Of a stretch of 64,000 nucleotides of DNA, positions 1 to 14,322 are shown in pieces. Position 1 is the stretch's first letter. Each line of letters opens with the position of its first letter. The translations under genes were made by a program, and so were the position numbers. Source of the stretch: Owenia fusiformis (Eukaryota); NCBI GenBank assembly GCA_903813345.2, contig CAIIXF020000001.1, positions 3,596,001 through 3,660,000 of the forward strand. Direction: 5' to 3'. The notes beneath the pieces are model-generated. The model had not been told where the DNA came from, did not search any database, and saw nothing but the letters and a program-made list of their open reading frames with translations.

Positions 1-99
1 AATGAGGAAGTTCCTGTTGATCAATTCAAGTCAAGTATGAACTAAAGCGCTTAATCTCAATAGCATGATGCTTGACATTGTATTTGTTTGATGCATTCC

Positions 100-375
100 T
101 GCTATCTCTTACCCAAGAAATACCCACATATATTATATACCTGTACCCATATACTCCTACCCCATAAAATATGCATAGATATACCTCTACCCCATAAAAT
201 ACCTACATATATATCACCTAACCATGAGAATCTCCCTTTTATCCACAAAACATCCAAACACATAAAATGCCCATCTATACCCTTACCCCATAACATACCC
301 ATTTATACCCTTACCCCATAACATACCCATCTATACCCTTACCCCATAACATACCCATTTATACCCCTACCCCCA
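100..375. repeat. C/A-rich 28-bp minisatellite (CCATYTATACCCTTACCCCATAACATAC)
   Basis: Near-identical units start at 271, 299, 327 and 355, with degenerate copies back to about 100. This explains ORFs 88..321 and 102..302. Confidence 0.85.
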
Positions 376-400
376 TATTTAACCCCTCCCACCTGATCAT

Positions 401-525
401 TCACGTAAACCTGGTGCACACATGGGCATTGAAGGCCAATATGGCTAAAAGCAACATTAGTTTGGTAGACATGGGCAGAGTTGTGTAGGCTACATGCTTC
501 TCAGTTGTAGATGGTGTACCATTAC
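401..525 (-). CDS. Candidate terminal coding exon, (G)NGTPSTTEKHVAYTTLPMSTKLMLLLAILAFNAHVCTRFT*
   Basis: Open frame ending at TGA (401-403). Phase-1 start is compatible with exon 8276-8319, and the C-terminus is hydrophobic. The acceptor (ctatctccaag|) is weak. Confidence 0.25.
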
Positions 526-3500
526 CTTGGAGATAGCGGGATCACATGGAATCCAGGTAAGCTTAGCCTTCAGGTTAAGTAGACCAAACTTCTCTAACTT
601 CTACACATTGATACATTGATAGCATTCATGATCTGCTACCTTTAACTTTAACGTTGTATTTCAGTTCCCCAAGAACAGTTGATGGTTTCAGGACATTAAC
701 CTCTGCGGGAATTGTTTGATTGGATTAATTGCATGAGGTATTCTTAATTTTCTCTGTTTGTACCTTCCCCAAAATTATAGCTTTCAATTTTGGAAAATAA
801 ATCAATTTGAAAAAATACCGTATCATTTATTTTTAGCAATCCTTATTGTACCTGTATGTTAACATTAAATCCTCTACCAAAGATGGAAGAATTCCTCAAA
901 AATTTGTCTCTATATATCGGTAGACCCATAGTCCCCTCTATCCCACAATTCTTTTAGTCCCACAGTCCCCTTAGTCCCATAATTCCCAGTGGCCATTGCA
1001 TACTTGGCCTAACCAACTTGGTGAGCAATTCTCACGGAGAGGTGGATAACTCCAAGGAAGTAGCAAAGAATACTGATAGCAGCAAATGTGTGTTACCATG
1101 CATGATGCCTCATATCTCATTAGATAACACAGTGAAACTCTCCTAGAAATATCTCTATGTAACTGACAAGGCAAAAATAACTAGTCATTTAAAGTGAGTG
1201 ATACCACATTTACACCTATCATCATTTGGAATTTGTTGTTGAAATATACAGAAATTGAAGATGTGAAAAGTTTGAGATAAATTATATTGAGTATGTATTG
1301 GTTAAATTCAAAATATTATTTTAAACTATTTCTGGAAATTAACAACTAATTTAGTAATGTGATTTGCACTAACAACTGGTCATTCAATGGGTACAAGCAT
1401 TCTGATTTATCCAACCCTCTCGATACGAATTAGAATAAAAATTTCAAGACTTATGGGACAACCCTCGTATTTAATGCTTGTAGAGTATTGTAGAACTCAA
1501 ACTGTGACAAAGGTATTTTTTAATAAAATCCATATTTAATGTTATTGTAAGAAATAACATGATCAATATCATATCAGTTTTTCATATTTCAACAAGCACA
1601 ATTACAACAGAAAAGAAAGATTTAGCAACGACAGAATGAATGTGCATTGTCCATTATTTTCTTAATGATTAATAAATGAACGAGATATTCACTAATCACT
1701 ATTCACTAATTCATCTGTCACCTGACTCATAAGAGTAACTATTGTCCCCATTTAGACAACCCTTTTGAAGAATTAATTTAGTTCACATAATGTTGCAAAG
1801 ACTCCTCTTACAACAACAACAAAAATCTAAAAACCAAATCGGATTAAGTTGATTAAAGTTGCTTTTGAAAAATGAAATTACAGTGAAAGTGTCACATCAG
1901 AAAATAATACCCACTCTCTATGATGAAATTTCATGATTCACTAAATACGAGGTAATGACATCTTGCATGACATGTCATATTATCTTAACTCAGAACATGA
2001 GGTTAGAAATAACAATACAAAAATAAGATTATTGCTACACCAACTGTGATAGTATACAGAATAAGTGAATTAAGACTGAGGTGCCATGTAGCACCCGAGG
2101 TGATTCTAGGTGGGATCGGATTATATACACATGCAACACATGGCCATGTCAACTGCCAGTTCAGATGTTCAGTATGCGTGTGAACAGGCAGTGACGTTTC
2201 CCATTGACCAGATTACTGTAACAGACTGTATCATGAGAAATGGACAATAGGAGGTGACCACTGCCAGGAGAACACATGCAACATCTCCATTCTAATTGGC
2301 TGATGGGAAAGGTGAACAGAAGATGTAACTGACTGATCGGGAGAGTGAAGAAGATATGGTGAACCAGGAAAAGGAAGGCACATGGTCAAGGAAGAGGAAA
2401 TAGAGGAGTCGGCTGATCATAATGTCAGTCAGTTGCAGTCATTGTTAAAGTAGCTTTGGGTGGAAACTGCTGTCCAAAACAAGGGAGAATATCAGTGGGA
2501 ATACGGTGTGATGTTTATACTGTTGATTAGTGCTGTTAGTGTTTATGATTAGTTCCTTGTTTTGAATTCATGTAGTTGTGTAATCACTAGGTGCCATAAA
2601 GCACTACGGAACCAACATAGAGATCACAGAGTTCAAGGTCAAACTCAATTTGGTAAATGAAATCTCCCTCCTCCCTCCACACTGCTTGATAACACCATAT
2701 AGACAGAGAAGACCAACATAAAGTCAGCTACTTGTCTCTGAAGAATGTCTCTGACAATTACGAAAATCGAAACTAACTCAAGGTGAAGCAATCAGCAAGT
2801 TTTCCATCAGTTTGCGGCCATCACGAGATAGCAGTAAATTAAAGCGGCATTATCTTGCTTATAAATCCTCCACGTTCAAGTTTATCAACTTTACTTGAAT
2901 GTATGTGGATTAGCTCTGATTTGTTGAATTAGTACAAATCTCTGCACCCGTGTGGTGTATTAAGATTATCCTGGGATAATATCTGCTATGGCATATTAAC
3001 ACTCTGGGTTATCTTTTAATTATCGTCTGGTGTATGTTAAAACAACATCAATTTGGTATGGGTCTTTATCAATATGATTATCATCACTAATGAGGCCAGT
3101 TATTGATGATATCAAATCATATTCACATTTTATATTCTAAGACATACACCATTATATCCTTTCCCCATGATATTAATGTAATATGAAATTACCAGATTAC
3201 AGCCATAATGGGACTACATGAATCATATATAATACCTTGGTATAATTTCCTGATTAATGAAATGGCTATTCAACAATTGATCAATATTGTACAGTCATCC
3301 ACCCATAGAACCCTCATCATGATCATAATGGTTGATCATGTGTGTTATTATGGTATTATGAAATAAATCTAAATAGAATCTATTGTATCTTCCACTGTGT
3401 GTGTCATATCTAGGATTGCTACAAAGCTGTATGAATTGAGATGCAATAGAATGAATCTTATACCAGATTGCAAAGAAGACACACGGTATGAATGGTTTAA

Positions 3501-3673
3501 TACAAAACATATTTGTTACTGATCAGAACACACAAGGGGCAACATTTGAAATGCACTATTACACTTAAATCACCTTAAACAATATCAAACATGAAAGTAT
3601 ATCCAGAGAAAGAGTCTAACAACTGAAAATATGCAATATGAGTCTACTGTACCCTCGAGTTAGCACATCTAGG

Positions 3674-3770
3674 TAGCACTACTATATGGTACCACTATTG
3701 GCACCACTATATAAACCACTAGTAGCACCACTATATAAAACCACTAGATAATACCACTAAACTACCACAA
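3674..3770. repeat. Short degenerate tandem repeat (GCACCACTATATAAACCACTAGTA-like)
   Basis: Repeated ACCACTA/GCACCACTATATA motifs are visible across the interval. Confidence 0.6.
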
Positions 3771-6700
3771 AACTAAGCTTTCTTTGCATAGTTTAAATGT
3801 TCACTTCCAAGAAGATACCTTAGGGTAGATCACATTTCTGGTTCATTAATCCAACATGCTGAAGATGTCTTCAAATCGAATCTACTTTCTTGTGACATGT
3901 ATAACACATTGGCAGTATTTTTATCTCTACAATTATTCCAAACAGATGGGGGAGATAGATTGAGCCAAAGAGATGACATTCGTAAAGCCTTCCTTCATAG
4001 GAATTTGGCATATACTTCAACAAAAACTTTTTCATATCATACAGTGTCCAGTAAATTGCAAAGATATTTTCAATGACCAAACAAGCTCATTTGTTTATTT
4101 CTAGATCCTATTGGAATCTTCTAACACAAACACAATGCTGTCAACATGTTTCTATCATAGAAGACCCTCTGTAGATATGATATCCCCTGGTCAGCAAAAA
4201 CCAAGAGATAACAATATTATGAAACCTGATCTTGCAGACAAAACTTTTAAAAACCAACAGACTTCACTGAGTGCATCTTCAGGCATTCTGTACTGTACAG
4301 TACAGGGAAGTTTTGACTGACTTTGACCATACGTCTTGAAGGTACTCTAAACTTATTTTGAGGTAGCCCAAAATTCTAAAAATTATAAACGTGCTAAACC
4401 ATATTTGTAAGTTGGGGAGGGGGCATTATGAGCTCAACTGCATTAAATGTTATCACAAGTGCAACAGGCAGCTATTAAAATGATTCTAGGATGCTGGCAA
4501 GAGACAACAAGTTCAAATATGATATGTTCAAGTCTCCACCTCCAGCTGCAAGACATGTTACTTATAGGTTTATTATGATTTAATCATCTTAACTCGCCTT
4601 CTCACGTTTCTCTTTATGAGATTTTTGGTCATTTATTTTCTAATCATCATTAGTAGCTTAACCCCTGGAGGCAGTCAGAAGCAATAACAGAAATAACCCG
4701 AGACAACTGACTTCTGACTTTAACATCTAAGATCTCATTGGGCAGTTTCACAAAATTTGTCCCAAACCCTGTTCCCATAAATCATCTATTACGCCACACT
4801 GGGTGTTCTTAACACTTATGGGAGCAGTTTTTTCTCTTATTTTCTACATGATTTAAAAAAGATTTTCTGTACAAAACATCCAATAAAATTCAATCCACAG
4901 GAGTTCGCCTATAATACTGGGAGTGGTGATACTGCAGCAGGCAATAATGATGAAGTTAAGCAGGACTCTGCAATCATCACCATGGAGATAGGATCAGTAA
5001 GACTTACAGATAGCAGAGATAAAGAAAGTAATTGGGGAGAAATGGCTCGACTGTGTTCTACTTATACACCATTTGTCAGACCTTTACCCTCATTTGTCTT
5101 TTACACTTTAATCTCAGCAGATTGGATCCAATGTATTTCTACTATATTTTTCAGAATTTATTAGCCCGGAAAAGTACAAAATGTGTATAGCATATGAAAC
5201 AAATCTATTCGCTTTGGGATTTATGTATGTGTCGTTTGTTTGGAAAGTATTGCGCTTAATCAGTATTTCCTTAAATCTTGCATTACTGTCCAAAAGTGTT
5301 GGAATTAAATGATTGAGGTCTTTTTATGAGAAACCTCATGTCCAGTGAGGTTGAACTTTACGATGATCGATGACATCTCCTCCGATTCATTTTAATTTAT
5401 GGAAAGTAAAAGAGAAAATACCACATAAACCACCGCCCTCTTATTACAAAGGTGATTTTTTAAGACATTAAATTACAGTTGGTCAAATAGTCTTGACTTC
5501 ATTTTAGAAAGGATTTTAATTATGATTAATGTGGAAGAGTAGGCTATAATTAATGGTCATTTACTTTCACAACACCTGGGACTGAATCTCATGTTATCAC
5601 TAGTGAAAGGTACACATAGTAATATTTATAAACAATTCAGAGAAGCTTTTAGTGGGAAATCTACCTTCCTATGTTTTATGAATGCATTGAATTGCAAAAG
5701 AGCATAGAAATGGTAAAGAACTTAAGAGACAAGAACTATTCAGATTCTGCTAATTGTAGATATGACAACAGCAGCTGTATCATGAACTGCCCGGGGCTGA
5801 GTAAATCATATGTACATTTGCTCATTTCTTTTTGTATGCCTATTGAGACCAATATAAACATTCATTGATTTACTGGGACCTGTTGGACATTCAATGAATC
5901 CCCAATCAAAATCAACATTTTGAAATGATTTCGACAAGAACAGAATACTACTAAGGGTTAATTTAATGTTATTTTACTAACATGCCTGATTAGACCCCAA
6001 TATCTCGAAAAAATCTTTTTTAATACGAAGGATAATAATTTGATCAATAGAGTTATTCTATTAACCGAGCTTGATTGGGGCAGTGATTCTCTATAACATG
6101 CTAGAGTTAATACATTTCATTGATTTATACAAATGTGATCAAAATCAGTTAAAGAAGGAATTGTGTTGGATTCTATGGACGCATTTAACATAGGAATGCT
6201 ACTTTTGAACCAACGCTGATAGAATCAGTCGATGAGGACACTACTTAGGGACCTTTTCCGACCCCTCTTTATGCAAACAAAAACATTTAAAACAGTTTTT
6301 ATTCATGTCATGATTGATTTTTGATGAATATATTCTGTTTTAAATCAAATCAAAAAAGCTCCTGTCAGCTTGAAAAAGTGTATTAATAAATGGGATTTGA
6401 AGACATAAGTAATGGCTCATAATGTCCAATAGATCAGGAAACCACAAGATAAAATTCAAAAAACTTTTGAACAAAAAAGCATTCACTTTATCTTATTAGA
6501 ATGATAAATCACTTGTGCCATGACTCCAATTTATCAAGGAGGATCTCCATTCAAAAGAAAATGATATATTTTTGACATGGGGGCTGAACTCGTGTTCTAC
6601 GGACTGCTCTTATATTATTTACACAGTCAGACAAGATACATTTTTTGTTTTTTACTCCTTGGCTGTAAAGTTCTGTATAACTCAGACACACAGTGGATAA

Positions 6701-8275
6701 CATTCGTGTTTAAGACGATAAAACCTTGTTCAGTTAAAAGGTGAAATGATGGATACAAAATAAAATGGTGATATAAATAATGATACCCATTCATCAAAAT
6801 GTACAGAATAACTACAAAAAACATAAAAATAAAACTTTCCAACTGATTTAGATCTACATATTTTCTAAATGTCTTAACAATAATCTACTTTAAAGGATAT
6901 AAAACGATTTGACTTTTCTGGATTTTGAACCCTGTTGCGCCTCCAGATGAGCAAATTCTAGTAGAAATAAAATAATAAAATCTGGGTAAAATTCAATCAG
7001 ATTCTACATGATGGATTATCACTGAATGTGTTATATTATTGTTGCCTATTTGACATATTACACAGACTTAACAGTGAGCATAATTTCTCAGGGGGAAAGT
7101 TAGTTCATTTAAAGTGACATCCCCTCTAACTGCTGTCATAAGATGACAATAGAGTGTCATAATAATGAAGATAAATAACATTTATGGATAGTAACTGTCT
7201 ATTTAAAAAGGTTTCTGATCATGTCTGCTTTGTTGAAACCAACTTCAACAATTGGTGATATGAAAAGTATTAATCTATAAATTGTGAATCAGGAGACAGA
7301 TTCTGCCAGATTCCTGTATTATATTGGCCTCCTCTGTATTTTGGTCTGTTTCTATTCAAAGCAACAGTCTTGTGGACTTTCATTATGGGTCAGATTTGGT
7401 ATGTATATGGTAGGGATGGGGGAGGGGGCTGTATACAGGGTTGAAGCTAGACTAGAAAAAATGTTGAATCCCCATCAACTAGAGACACTACCCTCTCACT
7501 TTTATAGATGATTTTGATGCTGATAAGATCTTTAAAATCTCAAATGGATCTTGAATGGCCTTTTATAGAAGAACGTGAAATCAGAAAATAATGTTTGATT
7601 CTTATATAGTGAAAAACATTGTAATTTTCATACTAACTACATTAGACCGTAGATTTATCTCTAGCTTGAGGCACCTAGACTGAGTTTAGGTCTTGCAAAG
7701 AGTCGAGAAGTCAAGAAATTGTGTTCCGACTGTCTAGATTGGATTTTCTCTTTGAGAATTCTACTTGTGTTTGAGTGCTGAGTCACTGAGATTGCTACTG
7801 CATTGTTTGCATTCACTTATTTCTCAGAGATCATCAGACACCAGTTGCATACTGATCAACTAAAGCAAGTATAATTGAATTAATACAAAATGAGCAGCTT
7901 GCCTTCTAAAGTAAGACACAATAAGCCCATATTTCACTCTCTGTAAATTACTAGATATGCAGATGTATCTCTGGATACTGATGGTTTCAAAAGGTACAGT
8001 CGGAATTACCATGGACTTGAATTAAACAATTTATAAACTGAGTTATCATGGTACATCATGTCTGTGTTTGCAATAGAAGACTGAGGATGCATTGGACTCA
8101 AAGGATATGATGATTGCTTGGCTCTAGAGAAAACAAAAACCTTTTACCCTTAAATTTTATTTGCATTTACAGTAAATGGGAATAGTATATAGAATATAGC
8201 TGAATACTGATATGTAAATTACAAACAGAACCCATTTATAAAACAATGAGAATAGAAAATATATTTTTTACTTAC

Positions 8276-8319
8276 CGCCTGGTGCTTGAGTGGTCGCCAT
8301 AGGAACCGTATCACTGAGT
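8276..8319 (-). CDS. 44-nt micro-exon, (G)LSDTVPMATTQAPG; coding, or 5'UTR plus start codon
   Basis: Minus strand reads tttctcctatttgtttgcag|ACTCAG...CCAGGCG|gtaagtaa. This has a polypyrimidine tract, CAG acceptor, perfect GTAAGT donor and forms a GC/CpG-rich island in AT-rich DNA. Confidence 0.65.
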
Positions 8320-8864
8320 CTGCAAACAAATAGGAGAAACTGCATTATTATCCAGTAGCGGTCCATGCTTGCGAATTGAGACATAAATCTCCCTATTATC
8401 ATATCTCCGTGTATCTTCATGTAAAACATAAATGTTGGGAATGTCAGAATATTACTGAGAAGATAATATATTCCACAACACAAGGTGGTCTCCTATTTAT
8501 CTCTCTAACTTCATCAGTGTAAATAAAAAGCAAATATCCAAAATATGAGTTCCAAGTTTTATGTTTTTTTATAATCAAATTCTTTCTTGATCCCTATGTC
8601 CAGTCTGGTGTAGATAAAACTGAGAAAATATCAATTCTGTAGTTTCTCTATATTTCCACACTGTCAGGTATAATGGATGTTCTACTCTGTATTTGTACTA
8701 TTTACCAACACATGAGTGGTAAAGTGTCTTGAGTACTTGTGTGCACTGATTTCCTTAATGTTTTAGCCACAAATTAAAAGCCTAATACCCTGCCTGATGA
8801 AAGACCTTATTTCCCTAGCAGAGTGCCAGCTTAGAGAAATACCAATAAACTTTCAACAACTCTT

Positions 8865-9715
8865 AATTCTCCCTTTCGCGGTTCGCTTTTTGAATCAGAA
8901 CGTTCGCAAATATGCAGTGAAGAAGCACTCAAAAAAGGACAAAATTTGATAGGTCAATATTTTCCCACTATGCATTTCGCGTAGACTATTTGCGTGACCC
9001 GAAAGTTCTAAATGAAACTAATTACGCAATTTTGTTTTTACACCCGCACGCTAAATAAAACAATGACACCATCGGAAGTATTCTTCTTTGTCATTGCTTT
9101 AATAGTCAGTATATCGAGTTTAATCAATAAAAGATTGACAAAATTCGGAAACGAGTACTATAGATTTGCTTTCGGACCACTGAACAGATTGACCTAGATA
9201 ATAGCGACGAGTCTTCATTGGTCTACTGCTCAGTTGTTTGTGGGTTTTCAACGTAACTCTATAATGTAATTTGAAGATGAATACTTTTATTCAGTTGTTG
9301 CATCGATGTTGCAGTTTGAAGTGCGGTAAGATTGGCATGAAAGTATTGAAAGTCGAATGGAATTGTTTTTTCCAATATGGCGACTAGTCAACTGATCACG
9401 TGACCTTCTTTTCCGGAATATTTTCTCACTTTTCAATCATCGTTTTCACCACGCTATGAAGGCAATACAATGAAAAAATAGCTGTTGTATTAAGATTAAT
9501 AAGAGATCAATCGTTTCTTATAATTTTTTCTGTTCTCTCGTACGGGAATATGAACGAATATATCGTTTGAAAAATAGGTGTGAAAATCCCCATGTTAAAC
9601 CTATGAGGGAAAACAAGGAAGTATAAATTTGTTCCTCCGCGAACTGCATCATGGGAAATATTTTGACCATATAAGGAAAGATTTTCGCGTCTCCCCTTTT
9701 GAAGAGGGAACAACG
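8865..9715. mobile_element. CpG-rich degenerate non-autonomous DNA transposon/foldback remnant
   Basis: Imperfect inverted repeat 8949-8984 vs 9635-9670, and local CpG enrichment relative to the flanks. True termini and TSD not resolved. Confidence 0.5.
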
Positions 9716-12700
9716 ATTACAATAATTGCAATAATCTCTAAAGTATACTAATTGGGCACACATATAGAATGAGATGCAGTGCTGATTGTTTTCTGTTCTG
9801 CAATAATCTCAGATAATCCTAACACCAGTGCAGTCCAGCTCTGTTTCCCGTAGTTATCACTTCTAACCCTAACTCGATCAATCTGCTACCTCTCAAGTAA
9901 ACGTTTCAATCAATTTACAACCAAAATTGATTCCATAATTTTTGTGTCTATATAAAAGTTTTCTAGTCGTGCGTGTATTGATTTGGTTCAAACTCAGTAA
10001 TAGGCAGCTCATCAGTTGCTTTCAGGTAATATCTCCATCGCATCACAGTCCGTTTACATATCAAGTGATTTCTGCCCAAGACTAATTCATCTGTCTACTT
10101 AATCAATATCTACGTCCTCTAGACCACAACAATAAACTAATTGCACCGAAACCATATATCTGTGTTATATCATCACTAACTTGATTAATTTTGTGGCCAA
10201 AGTCACAACCTCTCTTTATTAGATCACACTAATCTATAATAGATTTCCAGGTATATTTCTTGATGGGATTATCCCAGTGTCTATAATACATGTATGTTAA
10301 CAAGCTAAGTGTTTGATTGCATGTAATTACATGTATTCTATTAAGATTGTGTAATGATCAACAGTGTTAATCGATAATTATGTAAGATAACATCCTCTAA
10401 GATGTTATATTTTTCTTCGCTTTCATAAACAGGTTAATAAATCCAGATGGTTGCTTTTCTAAAACATCAATACTTTCAATAAGCAGAGTATATGTATACT
10501 CTTTATTAAAATCTATTCAAGTGACTGTTTTTTATTTCATGTCCATCGTTGCTTTATAGTATCACTAAATTATATATCATGCCAGCTGCTGGCTGCTTTA
10601 CTCCATTTCATTCCAGTGGTGAAGAGGTGAAGAGGTTACCCAAGTCAGCATCTATAAGGTGAAGTGGTTAACACTGCATTGCCCACACATATATGGAGAG
10701 CCACAGCAATCAACACTGATATCAATGGGGATCATGTGATTGTTTCTTCAAAATAATGTCATCTGATTCAAAGGTCACCTCAGTTCCTGTGCATGTGTCT
10801 TGGATGACAACTAGCTGTTCATCACACTATCATCTCTCCCTGATCAATACAAAAGACTAGGAAGGTTGTATTACAAGCCCTGGGCTATATCTTGAGTGAC
10901 CTATGAGGTTAGATGATAGTACACAGCTCTTCTTCCAAAACAGATGTTAAAGGTCACAATAGTAAATTGTAATTTGTGTATTAGATCCTGTCAAATCCTT
11001 GTTACTGAATGATATCCAAGTTCTCAAGTTTTTGAAGTTCCATTTTATTTCATTATTAATATTTACAACAGTCCAAATAATTTCCCAAAATATGCGTCTT
11101 TATATATTGAAGCCCAGTTTTCAAAAATGTTTATGGAAATTGTTGTGGTCTTCAACAGCAGATGTCTCAAGTAAGAATAACCTATGAACATTTCAGCCCC
11201 ACCTATATCTGTACCTGCAAACTACATGCCAGCCCCCCAGGGTGTATTGTTATCTCACACCTCTCCTTTAACATATACTGTTATGTCACCAAGCGTTCAA
11301 GCCATAAACTTCCCTTTCTTTTAATTACTTCACTTTCCTTTTCTTCTAATTAGATTACTTATCATGTTCATTCAAACTGTAAATAAATTGGGTCTAATTG
11401 AATAATGTCAGCCACTGGTTGTCCACTAGAGCCTGCTGTTTGAATTTCTCACTGTGTATAATGATAAGATATTCTATATGTCCTTGTATCTCATGCTATG
11501 TTATTTTAATCAAGCTTTTTGTATAAATAGCATCAGCGTGAAGAATGATTTCATCGTTTGTTCGGTCGCCATAATTCCAGTATTGTTTTTATTAGAATAT
11601 CGTAATCTTTTGCTATGATATCAAATAAATTGTTTTCATTAGTGATTTTTCACTTAACATCCAATATTCTGTAGGACCATTGTATAGGCATCACGATGAG
11701 TTATGGTTTCCTCAATTTTCATTAACAATATTGTATTATATGTAAATGCCAGTGCTTATTTTACTGCAGTTTTACGACTCCATACTTTTATACACCTATC
11801 CCAGCAAATCGACTGGATACACCAATAATGGGACCAATACGAAGGGAGGTATCATCGACAATAGAACAGTTACTTCCAAAGTAATCATTACCTTTTCAAA
11901 CCCTTTCAATTAAACAAATAAAAACAACATTAGCCATGATGAAGATCACATCAGGTTTTGAGGATTGAATTTTTTTTACATCTGAGTATAACTCGATCAC
12001 GGCGACTTTAGAATTAAAACAATGACATTTAAAATGGTGATTATGATGTTGAAAATATACCCAGGGATAATGATAACATTAAAGATGGTAAATGCTTCAT
12101 TACATCACTTGGCTTTGATCATATAAAAATGAAAACCTTTTGAGATTAATACCACAAGTAGATGATAAAATCAAATAATAGACAAGCCATTTCCTTTGGG
12201 GGAATAAAGACCAACATCAATTTTAGACTAAACTTATCTTCAAAAATGTAACCTCCCAGACATGTTCATATAACAATTGTGTTTCCTGGGCTATTGATTG
12301 TTCAAATGTTGTTTCACTGGGGCCTTCAAGGCCTCTTAACTTGCATTTGGCAAACTTTGGCCAATGACATCAGATTGTTAAAGGTCAAACATTGCAGAAA
12401 TATTATTATAAGAAATTGTGTCTTATTATTGTTCAAAACTTCAAACGCATAAGAGCAAGTAACTTTAGTCAGCATGATATTTTAAAATGTCAATTTACAA
12501 CAGAAATAGACAATCTTAGGAGATTACAGGAGAAAAGAAACCTTTTAAATGTTCAATCTTGCCAAGTTGTATGTCACCCTTTATTGTTAATGTACATAAT
12601 GTCATCAAGTCACCAGTTTTGGATATGTTTCAAGCAGACAAAGATGGTTGGTTTAGCTCAAGGAAGCAAAAGTAATGTAGAAACTGCCAGATTGTCACTG

Positions 12701-13939
12701 CATCCCTGGTGACAAGTCATTTTGTCAATTATTGAGAACTCAACAGTGATACAGCTCCACACATGTAGGGTTTGAAGTGATTAATTAGCAATTGACTGTT
12801 TACTAATTGAAATGTTTAACATAGGCACATGCCTCCAAAAGTAGACAAGAACCAATTAATATTTCAAAACATGTCATTGTTTTATATTCAGAGATTGACT
12901 TCATGTTTGTTTGCTACTTTTGACAAACACTGCTGCCTATGAGCATGGCTACTTGAAAACAATATTCAATGAAACCCCAAATGCTTACTAAATAAATGTA
13001 AAAGCCAATATCACTAACTACAGAAGGAAGATGCTAAATTATCAGAAGCTCCAATCCCCATAATTGAATTATTTATTTATCTCCATTGGTTTATTTACAT
13101 ATTCAATTGAACATGATTTAATGCCAAAATTCATGCCAAGTGGCCGAAAAATAATAAATACCTTTGCAGGTATTCATATCTTCCTTTCGTGTTAACCACT
13201 AGAGATTGCACAACAGTAGGACAATTCAATAATGTTATAGCACATAATTGACATAATTATAACTGGGCTAGTCACAATTTGTCATTGGCCGTCAGAAGGA
13301 GATGCTATTATTGCCAATTAAACATTTGAGCAAGCCTATTATTTTGCTAACATTATGCAATTTGGGGGTTGTAGTGAACTATACATGACCTATGGTGAGC
13401 TTTAAATGTGGCCAACTGACATAGCTCATAAGATCTTATGTATAACAACATTGCAAATGCAATCATAATTGAGATATAGTATATAGTATATCTACATCTT
13501 AATTACTGATTTAAAGTCTCTTAACAGGTGTATCCATGAAGCAGCTAGGCTATACATACATACCAAGACTACCATGGGATCCTGGGCACAAAATAATATT
13601 CAACTACAAAAATACCCACTTCAGTATAATTTCGTGGTTTACTACATATTATTATGGGTTTACATGCAAAGTTGATTGGTACCACACTGGTGAAGGTTGC
13701 AGTTAAAGCCAGGATGAAGAAACTAGTTTTGTATTTTGTGTGAATTCCACATATTTATTTTGGGTCTGATACATAAACATAGTAGCTAAAGCAGGGTATT
13801 GCACCTTAAGAAATGCATAGATATCCTCTTTGATGTTTGTTCAGACATCACACATTGTCCAAACAGGTGATGCCACAACTTCAACAGTTTTTGTCCAGCA
13901 GCTCATAACTGCTACATAGCCCAAAGTTGGCGATGATAC

Positions 13940-14322
13940 GGTATCAACTCGGGCTGTTGCAGGTGCAGGATCAGTTAGGGTTGTTACAGTATCAACTGGG
14001 TAGTTACAGTATCAATTTAGGTTGTTACAGTATTGACCTGGGTTACAGTATTGATTTTGGTTGTTACAATATTTGGTTGTTAAAGTATCAATTTAGGTTA
14101 TTACAGTATTGACTTAGGTTGTTTAGTATTGACTTGGGTTGTTAAAGTATCAATTTAGGTTGCTACAGTACTGGTTTGGGTTGTTACAGAATCAACTTAG
14201 GTTGTTTCAAGAACAGTTTGGGTTTTTATTATACGAACCTGTGTTGTTTAATAAGTACTAAGTTGAGTTGTTACAATTTCAACTTGAGTTGTTGGGAGTA
14301 TCAAAAAGGTTGTTACAGTATT
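13940..14322. repeat. Degenerate ~21-bp minisatellite (GGTTGTTACAGTATCAATTTA-like)
   Basis: Recurrent GTTACAGTAT-(CAA/TGA)-TTAGGTT units. This explains ORFs 13927..14112 and 14176..14394. Confidence 0.85.

Noticed and set aside
88-321. His/Pro-rich ORF
   Set aside because: Derived from the 28-bp minisatellite.
4901-5164. Plus-strand open frame after ccacag
   Set aside because: Poor polypyrimidine tract, no partner exons and no recognisable domain.
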